Shown here: positions 38,735 through 52,000 of the stretch, in pieces
Layout of the letters: every line of letters starts with the position of its first letter
Numbering within the stretch: position 1 is the stretch's first letter
DNA from: Phoronis australis
Taxonomy: Eukaryota > Animalia > Phoronida
DNA: 64,000 bases
NCBI GenBank assembly: GCA_002633005.1
Contig: NMRA01000158.1
Location: 498,433 to 562,432 of the forward strand
Reading direction: 5' to 3'
Notes under the pieces: generated by a model
The model's input: only the letters and a program-made list of their open reading frames with translations
The model's database searches: none
What the model was told of the DNA's origin: nothing
Translations under genes and position numbers: made by a program

Positions 38735-41200
38735 TCTGAATAACATTTTACACTCGCGAGGTGATGCGAGCCGGTTTGACAGGATTAACTGAACTGAGTT
38801 GAGCTCTCTCAAACATGCAATATGAAAATTGCACGAATCTCTCCTACTTCACTATTAACAGTAGCAATTTTCAGTGCATCATTTGTCGTGTCAAATATGG
38901 TTCCAGACTTGACACTGACAAATTTTTCTTTCCAAGGGGTAAAAGTCGTGGACGACGCCAGGAAGAAAGTTTTTGATGTATTTTTAAACCAAAGTACGTT
39001 ATGCCATACCCGTCAGCTCTCTAAAAGTTATTGAGAGACTGGGACGCGTGTGCAAACGTATGCTTTTTTGCCTAATGCAATGACCAACATTATTTTACGG
39101 TAGCTGAAAGTTTGAGATATAAAGTTCCTAAATTCGGACATTTCTAGGGTACCAATATGACACTGTCTAAAACAAGCCAGTTGGGAGACCCAAGACATAG
39201 TTGCCTCACCCACAAGTTTCCTCATTTTCTGCCAACTTCGATGCAACGGTCCAGTTAAGAGGTTAGTAACCTTTTAACTGGACAGTTGAGGATGCCGGGG
39301 TAACACAACGAACAGTCTTGATAAAAATATTGCAAAAGCCACAACTTTGGTAAAAATTAACCGGGTACAAGTTGCACTGACTGTACCCAGCCAAGCACCA
39401 CCCTGCAATTAAACAATTCAATGCCAGCGGGAAAAGATCACACATGGAAAGTTTGATACAGGACTCTTTGAAATCAACACTGATAACTTATACCTTTATT
39501 GCTATTGTGAACTTTCGGTTGCCATGAGATAGTAAGTTGCACCAACCAGCGGCAAGCCCACCACTCTACTACTCTATGTGCGCGCGGGTAGGCCAATATG
39601 CCTGTATTTGAAACTGTGCCCATCAGCCTATACCCTAAACCAAAACATTTTGAAGACACATTATTTCAAAAGTAGACCCATGGTCCTAAACAGGTGCATG
39701 TAGAATACAGGTGATTTCTTCTTAATCTTAAAGCCCACACAGCGCCAACATTGTTTTGGTACATGTTCTGGAGTGGAAAACTTCATTTTATTGAGTAAAC
39801 ACTCCTAATTAAACACAAAAAACATGGACTTCATTGATTGCTTAAACAGGAAGTTTCACCTAATGAATGCTAATTCCACTTGAAGTGTGCAATTTTGGCT
39901 TGACCTAATTCACACTATGTGGGTCATTAACATACTGTGTTTCCACAAGCCAATACAACAGCAGGGAATGGTATTAACAGAAGCAGTCTCTAAATCTATC
40001 AGCTATGACTGATTTCATTCAAACATTTATTTACACCATTTCATACTGACTAGTTGACTAAGCCAACTGACTATTGATGTATTTGTCAAGATAAATTACA
40101 TTTACATATATTTTAAAGTCCCACAACAAGAGCTGAGAGACGGACAGAAAAAAGATTGAAACAGTGACAAAATCAGAAACTAGGCTGTCTCGGTACAAAC
40201 GTGGACTTTTCACAATAAAGGTTAAGTCAACCCGTCTCACACAATAACATGGAACAATAAATTTGAGGATAAAAATAGGAGAAACAAAGCCATTCTTTTA
40301 AACTGAAGAGTTATACAGTGCAGTCAAATATTCTTGTCACAGTCCTAGTTTATGAACTCAGCTACTTATATAACATGGATTTTGCTTTTAGTTGAACCTA
40401 CTTATGCAAGCTTGACTGTGCTCCTATTTCACACGAAATAACAAAAGTAGGAAACTATTCCATGGCCATGCCTTTATATTCCACCAACTACACACCAATC
40501 CTGAGGTTCAAATCCCAGTCCAACACATGCCCAGGAAATGCTCCACAACCGGTAATCCAACTCCATACCCGGAAATGAGCTTCCTGGATGAGAAATATGG
40601 TCCCCGGGCACACAGTTTGGTCCCTGGGTATGAAGCACTTCATGTGTAAAGTTTAGAGGCAGTATGGAATTGAGTTGACAGAGTTGCAGCAGGAGCAGTT
40701 TCCGCCCCCTTAGTTACATGTGCTGCAACGCTTTACACTTATCAAGACGCAGTTTATGCAAACTATAAATTGTCGACAATGCGTGTCTCCTTTTCAAATA
40801 CTGGTGACATTACCTACATAACACAGATTAAAAACAGGATTTGGAATGTCTTGCAATGAACACATCACCACTTTGCAATACTATCATGCCACAAATCCAG
40901 TCTTCAGGAAAAGCTTACCTGAAATATCCTCTGCAACATCGGGAGAATACTTCAAGTAAATTTTTCCCTGAAGACAACTTGCAATTTTGATCTGTTTGTT
41001 CTTCCACAAACCACCCCTTACTTAGGATTCCAAGGCAACATGGCATGTTCACAAAATTTTGGCTCGTTACTATTATCATCCCGAAGGTGAATTATTTCAG
41101 CAATCAAATAACGAACTATTCTCTAATTTACAAGTTAAAGACAGAACACACTTACTCAACAGAACAGCATACATGAAAATTCTAGTCTGCCCTTAAAAAT

Positions 41201-42282
41201 AAAAACGAGCAACGCGGAGCGTTGAAATGCGCCCACAATTGCACCGCATACGGTATCCTTCTAGGGTTGTTTATTGGTACCATAAAGTGGCCAGTAGAGG
41301 GCATACTTTGCAAAATGGAAAGGCATGGTCATTGTCTCCTCAATAGGCTAGGGGCAAAATGTGAGTAATCTTCATAATACAAGCCCATCCTATACACCAG
41401 TTGCTTAAAGCACCACAGAAACATAGAATTAAAAACAAATTTACCAACATACAAGATTAGCACAGCATTAGAATGCCAGAAACAAATTTCTACTTGGAAC
41501 TTTTCCTTCACAGTCACGAAGTAACACAAAGTATACACCTGAAGACCTATGAAAATACAGAGGTCAATGTAAAATACTAAAATTGCCACTAGAGGCAAAT
41601 ACTAAAATTGCCACTAGAGGCATACCGGTAATCAGAATCATCCTAAAGTCGTCATCGTCCGTTGTCAACATCACATAAATACACTTGCTAAATTTAGTAA
41701 AGATCCTGCAAACGGTTTGGGAGATACAGCCATGGGCGCAAAAAAACAAAACTGCCACTAGGAGGCGCCACAGTAGTCCAAATCGTCTGAAAATCATTGT
41801 CAGCTGTCTTCCTTATAGTAAGCACATACACGCCAATTTTCACAATCATCCTTTGAGCGGTTTGGTTGATAGAGGGGTGGACGCAAAAATACAGACTCGA
41901 AAACAGTAAAAATGGCCACTAGGTGGCGCAAACTACGTCGAATCCATCTGAAAACAGTAGGATAGCGTCATCTCACTAATAGGTGCCTACATACCAAATT
42001 TCATGAAAATCCGTTCAATACTTTTGAAGATACAAAGGTAAGCGTAAAAAACTAAAATTGCCACTAGGGGGCACACCGGTAGTCGGATCCGTCCGAAAGT
42101 TCGCACATGCCGTCCCATTCATAAATGGAACATATGTGCCAAATTTCATGAACGTATGTCAAAGGGTTTTGGAGATAGAGCAGCGGACGCCGGACGCCGG
42201 ACGGACGCCGCCCAGACGGACGGACGGACGGACAGAGATGACGGCATAATGCGTCCACATATAAATATGTGGGCGCATAATG
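41201..42282. mobile_element. DINE-1/HINE-type (Helentron-associated) non-autonomous element
   Basis: Short hairpin caacgc-gga-gcgttg (41210-24) next to subTIR atgcgcccaca (41227-37); far-end palindrome atgcgtccacat..atgtgggcgcat (42249-78); ggac-type microsatellite 42184-42232; internal ~150-bp repeats with gccactag anchors; A-rich flanks without TSD. Confidence 0.8.
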
Positions 42283-42910
42283 AAACAAGTCAAGACACAA
42301 GTCTTTCATATCAACATCGTATAAAAGCAACAATAAAACTGAACGGATGCTCAGTACAATCAAAATTACTTTCTTTAAGTATTCCACATTACATTTGCAC
42401 ATTTGCCAGTATAAAATCTATTTTAGCGTAACAAGCTATACCTACTACAAAAGCTCACACTTGCAGGAACAAAAAATGAAAATAAGTTCTGAATGAATTT
42501 ACTTAAGCACCAAATAAAGTCCTGAATTCAACTTCATTTTTTTGCTATTTTGCACTTATCTCCATTCAAATGTACAAAACTCGAATTTCGTAAACAGGTC
42601 TCCACAGGGGAGATAATCACTGAACAAGACACTTGGGACAAGAAATCTTCGCTTACAGAGTAGAAATCAGGTCCTTATTAACAAAGTACTCCCATTAATT
42701 CAATATTCGTGCTCGCCATTTTGTCAGTGTATAAGAGCAGCATCTCAATCTTACACATGCTACAAGTGGCTTTCACTAGCACAATTTTGTGTGATTGAGC
42801 TTTTCCCACAAGCCAATTGCTCCACAGAACACAGCACTGGTCAAATTGTTTCATGGAACTCTTGCTGTCAGAGCAACAGCTGGATGGACTTCGCTCAGAC
42901 CAGGCACTGC

Positions 42911-43046
42911 TCAGTAACGGTTGGAACCATAATAACCACCGCCCCCACGACCGCCACCCCTTCCACGTCTGTGGTAGTCACCTCGCCAGTTCTCCTCACG
43001 TCTTGAATCATAGTTCCTGTTTTGATGCCAGCCCCCATCCCGGTAC
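42911..43046 (-). CDS. POGZ: POGZ/ZNF280-like terminal exon with RGG tail and stop
   Basis: ttacag|G TAC; YRDGGWHQ...RRGRGGGRGGGGYYGSNRY*. Confidence 0.8.
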
Positions 43047-46000
43047 CTGTAACACCACAGTAGCAACCACTTGGCTGAGAATGCACTATTACTTACACAT
43101 AAATGTTGCCAATTAAAGCATTTCAAATACGTCAGCACATTTAACAGACAATAATTACATTTCAAAACAAAAATGACTGACATAAATCAGTGTAGAGTGA
43201 TATTATAAACAAATTCAGATTTTTGTGCAATTTTGTGATCCCAGCTACTTGCAATTATCGAAACTACATCAGAGACTGTCTGAAGATATCTATCCTCGCA
43301 TGCCAAACTACAAAATACACTTGTTATAAAATCAACAGAGGGTCCCACACTAAGTGGCCCCAATGATTAACAGAAAGTCGCATAGCCTACCTGTCCTGAT
43401 ACCTGTCCTGGTGGTCTCTTGGTCTATAATCTTGCCTATTGCTATAATAATCTTGGTGGTGATTACGATGGCGCTGGTCGTTGTGGTCGTAACGTCTGCT
43501 AGGGCCATAAGGGGACCGATCCTGAAGTTAAAAGTAAACTTGGTCAGCACAGGGCTTTTAAACCCCTCATGTGGAAGGTTGAAAAACTCGTTCAAAAACA
43601 ACAAATGCAAACAACAAAACATTTCAATAGAAACATGTTTCAGACTGAATATCGACCATTCACAAGCTACGATGGCGCTGGGCAGAAAACATAATTAGAT
43701 ATACCACACGAAGACAAAACACAATCATTTACTCGCATACAAGCCCTTAAAATGAGAAATTGCACAGAAAACATGGATTTGTTCAGATTAATACTACTGA
43801 CCATGAACCTCAAGTGACATACATCAATAAAGGCTCTGTCACACCTAAACTTGTTCCGCAATGTCCCAGCCATTTTAGTTTCTTGATGAGTATGAGCAGG
43901 AACGCGCAAGGTTAACCAAAAACACATCTTAAATGTGACACCATCCACGCCGTTCTCACTGATATTGCACATTTAATCTCTTCCAATTCATTTTTGTCAC
44001 CCTTTTAAAACATACCAAGAACTACCTTAGGCTGAAAGGGTCCTAAAATCTAAATACGATGTTAAGAGATGACAATTTTTAATGCCTGTGTTTCGAAATC
44101 ATTAAAAGATGAAATCTCAGCTTTTATGAGAAAAGGCTAAAAATATTAAAATAAGTTCATCTATATCACTACCACTACTGACAATGCAAATTTCAACAGT
44201 AATTAGTGTATTTACCCTGTAGGAGGGAGATTTCTGTTGATTGACGGACTGACTCCTGGCTGGTGACCTGTGACTACTGTGATGTGGCGGTGATTGCACA
44301 TCTTTGTTGCCAGGTGACGATGTAGATGATCCGGCCTTAGTAGAAGCCGACACTGGCGCCACTCTGTCACCACAGCCTGTAGGAGACACACTTGCTTTGT
44401 CCTTGGTAGAATCCCCAACTTGCCCTAGTGCGTCACCAGAGTCTGGTGCTGATTCATTGCATGATTTCTTAATGGTTGAGTCAGTGTTTGACGATGATGG
44501 TCCAGGTGATCTATGAATACAACGTGACTGCTCTGTACCCTCAATATCGTTTACATCAGCACCAGTCAGCAGAGGTGATACTTCACCAGCATGTGATGTC
44601 ACCTTGTCATCAGACCTACTTGTGGCTGGTTGGTGTACATCATCCTTATTCTCCAATGAATGAGATTCACGACATGCTGTGGACATCTCCTTCAAAGGAT
44701 CATCAACCGCCATAGGACTGCCAACACTGCTGCCCCCACTACCCTGCTCTCTCACACTATTTTGCCTGCTTTCCTTCTCCGCCGTATCCAAGGAGTCTGC
44801 CACCAGTCCTGTCGACTCCTCCTTTCTTTTGTTTTCTCTTGAGGTCTCCATCTCTCCAATTCCACCAACACCACTTGTCCCATCCCCGGCATTCACTTCA
44901 CTAAGCTCCGCCTTCAAACCAGACAACTCCTCCTGCCCTGCTAACTCGTCCCTACTCTCATTCTCTCTTGAAGACTCCCGCTCTCCACTCTTTGCTTTGG
45001 CACCTGTTCCATTCCCATCCATTTCACTAAGCTCCGCCTTCCCACCAGTTGACTCCTCCCCACTCTTCTTCTTTCCGTAAGTCTCCACCTCTCCATCATC
45101 ACCAGCTCCATCATTCATTTCATCATCTCGTGAATTTTGCCCTGTTCGTTCCTCACAAGATGTTTCCTTCTCTTCAATATTGGCAACATCACCCTCCTCG
45201 TCTACCACTCCCCTCTGGTCACCTTCAGAACTCTCCATCTCAACACTGTCACCATCCTTCACATCCCCTCCTCCAACAGTGTCCATCGCTGAAATATCTC
45301 CACTCATATCCTCTGTTGCAGCAGTCTCACCATCCCCTTTATTTACACCTGAGGCATTCCCTTCAATGTTTCTCTTTCCTCCAATGCCGGAGGAGTCTTT
45401 CATAATTGTGCTAGCGTCATTGCCATGTGAGTCTATCTGTGCCAAACCAGCACCATCTGTTAAGGCAGAGGAAGCTGGATTCTCTACATCGGGGTTTGTA
45501 CCCTTGCTTTCATCGGTTTCTAAACTTTCAGCACGAGTTCCCATCTCCATATTATCATCGAGGTTAGGACACGCCTCCTTTTCACCAGCTGTTGCACTTG
45601 CTGCACCAATGTCCATCTCCTTGTCTTCTGCAGGCTCCTCAACAGCCTGCTTCACTTCTTCACACTTAGAATCTGCACCGTTTCCATCTGCTACTCCTGC
45701 TTCAGCAGGAGTCTGCATCTCAACGTCTTGTGCAGGGTCCTTTGCCATTTCCTCTCCCTCAGCACTAGCCACATTGCTTGGATTATGCTGGAAATATTGA
45801 AGTACAATGAACAACCTCAACAAGACGAGTAACTTCAAACAAACTCTCGCTCTTTCCTATTTACATTCTCGTAACAGTCTGTTTCCGACTCCCACCCCTC
45901 CCTCACTGTTAGGTATGTTAGGTATTCCTGCTAGGGGGCAGTTTTATCGAGGTGTTCTAGTTGGTCGCTAATGATGAGCAGACGTGTGTCATGATTTGTC

Positions 46001-49000
46001 TGAACACAGAGGCTGGACTTTATGCTTTCTTCATACTTTCTGAATACTGAGTGTTATTTGTTTATGTGGTGAGCCTTTGCTAATGCGTGGACAGTAGCGT
46101 CTTGTGTATGGAACTTAACTGTATTATTTTGGTGGACTGGTGGAGTCAACGGAACGCGTGACGCTTTGGTGATGAAGACTGAAGATGCCGCAAGTTTCAA
46201 GTTTTGGATTGTTGGTGCTGATGTTCGACTGTCTCTCTGTTTAGTTTGCTTAAAAAAAATAAAAAATGTTTGTAGTAGTACACATCATTTTTTTTGAAAC
46301 GGGGAGATGTTAGGTATGTTAGGTATTCCCGCTAGGGGGCAATTTTGAGTTTTGACAAGGTGTTCTAGTTGGTTGCTGATGATGAGCAGACGTGTATCAT
46401 GATTTGTCTGAATATTGAGGCTGGACTTTATGCTTTCTTCATACTTTCTGAATACTGAGCGTTATTTGTTTATGTGGTGAGCCTTTGCTACGGCTCGGAC
46501 AGTAGTGTCTTGCGTATGGAACTTAACTGTATTATTTTGGTAAACTGGTGGAGTCAACGGAACGCCTTGCCTTGGTGATGAAGACTGAAGATGCCACAAG
46601 TTTCAAGTTTTGGACTGTTGGTGCTGATGTTCGACTTTGTCTTCATCCCAAGTTTCATGTAACTTGTTATGTTTGTAAATATGTAAATAGATGTTAATTT
46701 TGATCAGGGTAACTGAAAAGTGTTTATTTACGTTTATATTTCCGTAACACTCATTTTTACAGCCCCTCCCTGTATCTTACCCTCATTTTTTTCATTTTAT
46801 AGAACCGGCCATTCACATATTCAACAACTCTTTCATAATTAATCAACAATATGAATGAATCGGTAGAAAAATATTTCCAGTGCTGAACAATTAACCAAAA
46901 TAGAGAAGGCATAGTCTCATGTTGCAATTATACAAATCTAGAACATCTTTCTCTTTAAGCCACTGTAAGGATGATCAAAAATTTGAATACTACACAAAAA
47001 AAGAGGTCAGAGAACCAGTTTTCCTCCAATGAATAACAGGCATTAAACTGGTTCTCAAAATCCAGGACCCCTGTAAGTGACTTTTCCCAAATATGTACCT
47101 TTCCTGAGGTGCCAAATATCGAACCAAGCGAAGGTTTCTGGTTCTCATCAATCTTAACCGTCTGCCATTTCGCTTCTCCACTCAAACTTGCCACGGAGTC
47201 ATCACCTCTGACCTTTAAGTCCTCAGCCGCAGGCTTCTGCTGAGGCTGGGACTCGGACGGAATGGTTTCATCCAAGCTGGGAACCTTCACACCTATGGAC
47301 AAGAAGAGAACTTGGTCAAGGCACAGACTTATTCCATTCCACTTCATTTACACCTCCATGAAGAATTCGGACCATTTAGGAGTCTACTGTACCTCAAAAT
47401 CTAACAAAAGAAGAAAATTTACACCCATAGCAGACGAAATTTTGACACACTACATTTCATTAAAGACGTGTCCAAAAATTTACTAACAGAATGTCAGAAT
47501 ATATTTTAGGCGTATTAATTGGCAGTAGGCACTCATTAACAAAATGCATTGATCACACAACGGATGAACAATGTTTAAACCTCTTATCATGGTAATAATC
47601 AACAAAAAAACAGCATTTCACTTTAAGAACACTACACGACCAAACTTTATGAAGCCACTCACCAGCATCAGGTTTTTTCACCAGACCAAGAGCATCAAAT
47701 ATGGTGGGAGGATCTCCTGCAAGCAACAACATCAACCCAACCATATTACTGGGTAGTTCACAGAAATATCTATAGCATATGAACAATTATAAATTATGAA
47801 TAAGTAATGTAACATACTTTTATTCGTCTCAGCCTGGTACAAGCGTTACGTATTTTACATTAGTCTGTGTCCACTGCATTCAGATTTGGCGTAGCATCTT
47901 ATTAACATAATTATACTAACTGTCTTTCTCAAACAAAATCTATTGGTAATATAAAATCTTGATTATTAAGACAAAACATTACATCATTTCTTGGTCATAG
48001 TAAGATTAAAGAACGGACAATCGCCGCACAAATATAAACGTTCATGTTCATTCAACGTTTTGTCTATTCATAAGACATCACCGTGATAATATATACAATA
48101 AGACAGCAAGTGTCGAATGCCAGTCAGGACACATCCATGGAGTGAAACGAGAGTAGCAAGGGATACAGGGAATAGTAGGTATGTAATCACCATAGTTGTA
48201 ATATCACTGAGCTCTGCATGTTATTGAGAGAATCAGTAGCATGCTGGTCCTGAATGGCCAATGACTCCTTGATGTACATGAAACAATGCTTAAATTTACA
48301 CACCACATGACTTCAAAAAGACGACATACTGTATCAAAGTCAATAATCGTGCCTGATAATATACTGTATGAACTGAATTATACTAATGTAAAATCTCACC
48401 AATTTCAGACGAAAAAATAATTTACCAAATTACCTTTTTCATTTTTTAACATCTTCCAACATAGGTGAATGCCCACAATTTTTTCTTGTAGAAGCTATGG
48501 CAAAAAACTTGAGCATGATAAAGCATTAATTTGACGCAGCATCTTTAAGAAAAAACATAAGATAAAAATTTCACTTGAAAACCACATCAAGTCCTAAATC
48601 GGTGAGAATTTACCGAATAGAACCATGCAGTTTAAATATAAAAATAATTGCAGGCTATCTGGTACAACGTGAACCAGACGTGCGCAGGCTGCTTGGGTGG
48701 GCCCATTGGACTGCTCACCTGGAACCCATTTTATGCTTTATTAATATATAGATAAAACCTAACTGAGAAACTAGTGACCTGACTCAAGGGTCTAGCAGTG
48801 GAACTGGAACCTACGACCTTGAGTAAAGGAAGCCGACATCTTTCCCACAAGGCCACATTGACTCCTCGTACATTTTAGATAATGAAGGCGTAAAGCTCGT
48901 CTCACTGACACTCAGTCATCCATGAAGTATATACTTACTTCTCAACGCTGGATCAGGCTCGACGGTGTATGCAGTTAACTGTCCGCATTCAACCAAATGG

Positions 49001-52000
49001 GTGGCTGAAACATAGAGGCTACCTGTTAAACACCCTGTATACAATCCAACCTACTCTCATATACAATGGTTCACTTTTATAAATTGCTAAATAATAATCC
49101 AATCCTTCTTGCAAAATAGAATAATGTGCACCACCATGTCACCAATAAAGCAGCAAGGCACACCTGCTAAATTTTTATCAACAATTCTTTCCAAATAATC
49201 TGCTTATTTACAGATATAGTGCCATTGTTCAAAGAACTCATCATGATCTCAAAAACGTCACGGTCACCAGAATTAAATGTGCTCAAATACGAACCAAATC
49301 TAGTTTATGAATACACAGTAAAAAAGGAATCAATTAAAACAACGAGAGCGCTCGGAGGAGCGATACTTAGCGGAAATAATCGAAAAGACGACGATGAGGG
49401 AGACGACGACAATCGTGACGATCAAGGCGGAAATTATGAATAACACAATAACATTCTTGTGACTAGAGAAGAAATCAAATAGAGAGCAAACAATCAACTA
49501 CAATAAAGAACTATAGATGGCGCAACATGACGGTCCAGTCTACAGTAGGACAGTGCTGGCTTGGTCAGTCTGGGTCAACTAGGCATAACCAAAACAAAGT
49601 GAAGTGAAAGCCAGCCAGCTGCGTGCTAGCATTTAGGTGACAGAAGGAACAACGGTATCCGAAAATCTCGAATAATTCAAAAAGTAGACGTCGTAGCGCA
49701 AAATGGAAAATATCTCCTGAAAGCCCGTTCAAAACTCTATCTAAATTGGTAGTTTGGCAAAAATCCAAAAATTTTTCAAGAAAATTGAAAATTTGCCATT
49801 TTTTTGAAATTCAAAGTCAAATAACTCGAAAACGGTAAGTCTGAGAAATACGCTCTCACAGACTTTTTGAAAGGCCATACTTCAAGGAATCCACATGCAA
49901 AAATTCACGTCATTTGCTCTTCCCGTTAAAAATTCGACACCAGAGCGATTGAAACCGTGTGAACATGCACTTCAGCTGCCATCTTGAAAGTGACTTCCGG
50001 TTCAATAATTTTTTATAAAAGCTTATTAACTTCAACAAACACGTGACCAGTTTGAATGTGATTGTGGTTTGCAAATGCGCCCTCTACAGGAGAAAACGTT
50101 TTTAGCCATATTTCGGGGTGCGCATGCGCCACGTCCAATATTTCCGCCATCTTTAACCGGAAGTCAACGATTTTCTGCACAGTTGTATCATATGCGTTCT
50201 AGTATATTCGTACAGATTTTCAGCCATGTACGTCGAAAAATGCGGCCTCTACGAGCATTAGACTGTGAAATCGGATACAAAATGGCCGCCATGTCCGCCA
50301 TTTTGTATCCGATCATGACCAAAAACAATAGGCTTCCAGGACTTTTCGATCTACACGTCGTGTGCAAATTTCGTGAAAATCGGACGAAAATTGCGACCTG
50401 AAGAGTGCGAAACAAACAAAAAAAAAAAACTTGCTGTCAGACCAACATACTTGGCGGAAGAATTCCGCCAAGTAAAAATATTAATCTTATCATTGTGACC
50501 TTGAAAACGACTTCAAGGTCATACAAAAATGACTAATATCACAAGCCTCCTGACATACACTGATGTACCAACTATGACCCAGCCACTGGTTCTTGATACA
50601 TAGTTTTACTTAATAGTCAAACTATTCACTTTCTCGAAGAGGCTTCAAAAGATGTCTTAACATCACCACAAATTTACTTCATAAAGAATAAAATCATGGA
50701 TGAAATCTGGCCAGTGGTTCTTGAGATATAGCTTTAACATGGCATGTGATCTTCGAGACATTTTCACTGAGCCAAAAACAATCCTGTATGTCACTTGTTT
50801 TAGGCGACAGGATACGACAAAGTTGCTCTACGCCCCTATATTTGACCAAAAAGCTTACGTGAAGGCCATTATTCTCAAATAATAGCTACACGAACAAACA
50901 GATGATATTACTGGCCCACAGAACAATTTATAAAGAACTCCGAGTACACGCTTTCTTGAACAACTACTTTCAATCAAAAACATGGTCTCTACTTTGCACA
51001 CAGTCAGCTATCAAAATGGCAACCAGTACCAACCCATTTTGTTTCCATGAACTGTTGAGTAGCCGCACAGGCAGTGCACTTTTGGGTATGGCAGTGGTCT
51101 TGACCGTGGGCCGCACTTGTGTATGGCGGAATGAAATTTGGTCATGTGATTGGAGTAGGCCCGGCTACAGTATGTAGCGTAACGACATCTGTTGCATTCC
51201 ATGTACTTCCTGCCAGATAAAAACCAATAAGTATGAAACACCATAGGCGGATTTAGGGGGGGCAGAGGCCCTCTCCCTTGGCTGACGCCAAAAAAATAAA
51301 TAAAACAGCAAGAGCGTGAGGAAATATTGAGTTTATTAATTAACCTTAACCCTGGTAATGAACATGCGGCTGAGACAAGATTTAGTAAGCATTCTCCCAT
51401 TTTTTTATTCCTCCGTTCGTATTTTAGCACAGGGTCCACTTTCCCAGAAATTAAAGCACCCCTTCATTTTAGGTGGGGTGCCAGCATGCAATCGTGCTTT
51501 GTGCGATTGCCAGAGACAAAATGTTGCCCCCCCTTATGGTATCCTAGATCCGTCACTGAACACTATGTGTTACACAGCCCACAGTACATGAGAAAAGTAA
51601 CTTCAAATACCACCTGACATCAGCAATTGGTCCAGAAAAAAGGTAGCACTACGTACCAATGTACTCAAGGTAGCAATAAACGTACTATTCAGCTATCTAA
51701 CAATTATGTAATTGTAATACCAATTCAAAACATGAAAGAGTTCCAGACATGATGCGGCTCCAGAGGTTTGTATGGTTTCTTAGAAAGTTTAATGAGTACT
51801 ACACAAAAGTAACAGATCCTTACTCACCTATAGTGATCTATTTGTCCCATAAGGGTGCCACATTCAAAACATTTATGGCAGCCAACTGCAGCAGGCAAGC
51901 GTAGAGATTTGAGATCAAACAGCTTTCCACGAGACGGTACGTTCAGCGACTTAACAGCGGGCTGCTCCTGGGCGGGGTAATCTTTAGATCGCATAGGCTT

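Noticed and set aside
38064-38792. 242-aa ORF
   Set aside because: Non-ATG start, runs through two repeats and an N in a G-run; no recognisable domain.
44304-45800. Plus-strand ORFs of 70-206 aa
   Set aside because: Antisense shadows of the acidic minus-strand exon.
44117-45838. 573-aa ORF with an apparent signal peptide (MKLLVLLRLFIVLQYF)
   Set aside because: The hydrophobic start and end are intronic sequence; the true exon is 44216-45787.
48785-48864. tRNA gene
   Set aside because: Only degenerate A/B boxes with no acceptor stem; better explained as a SINE head.
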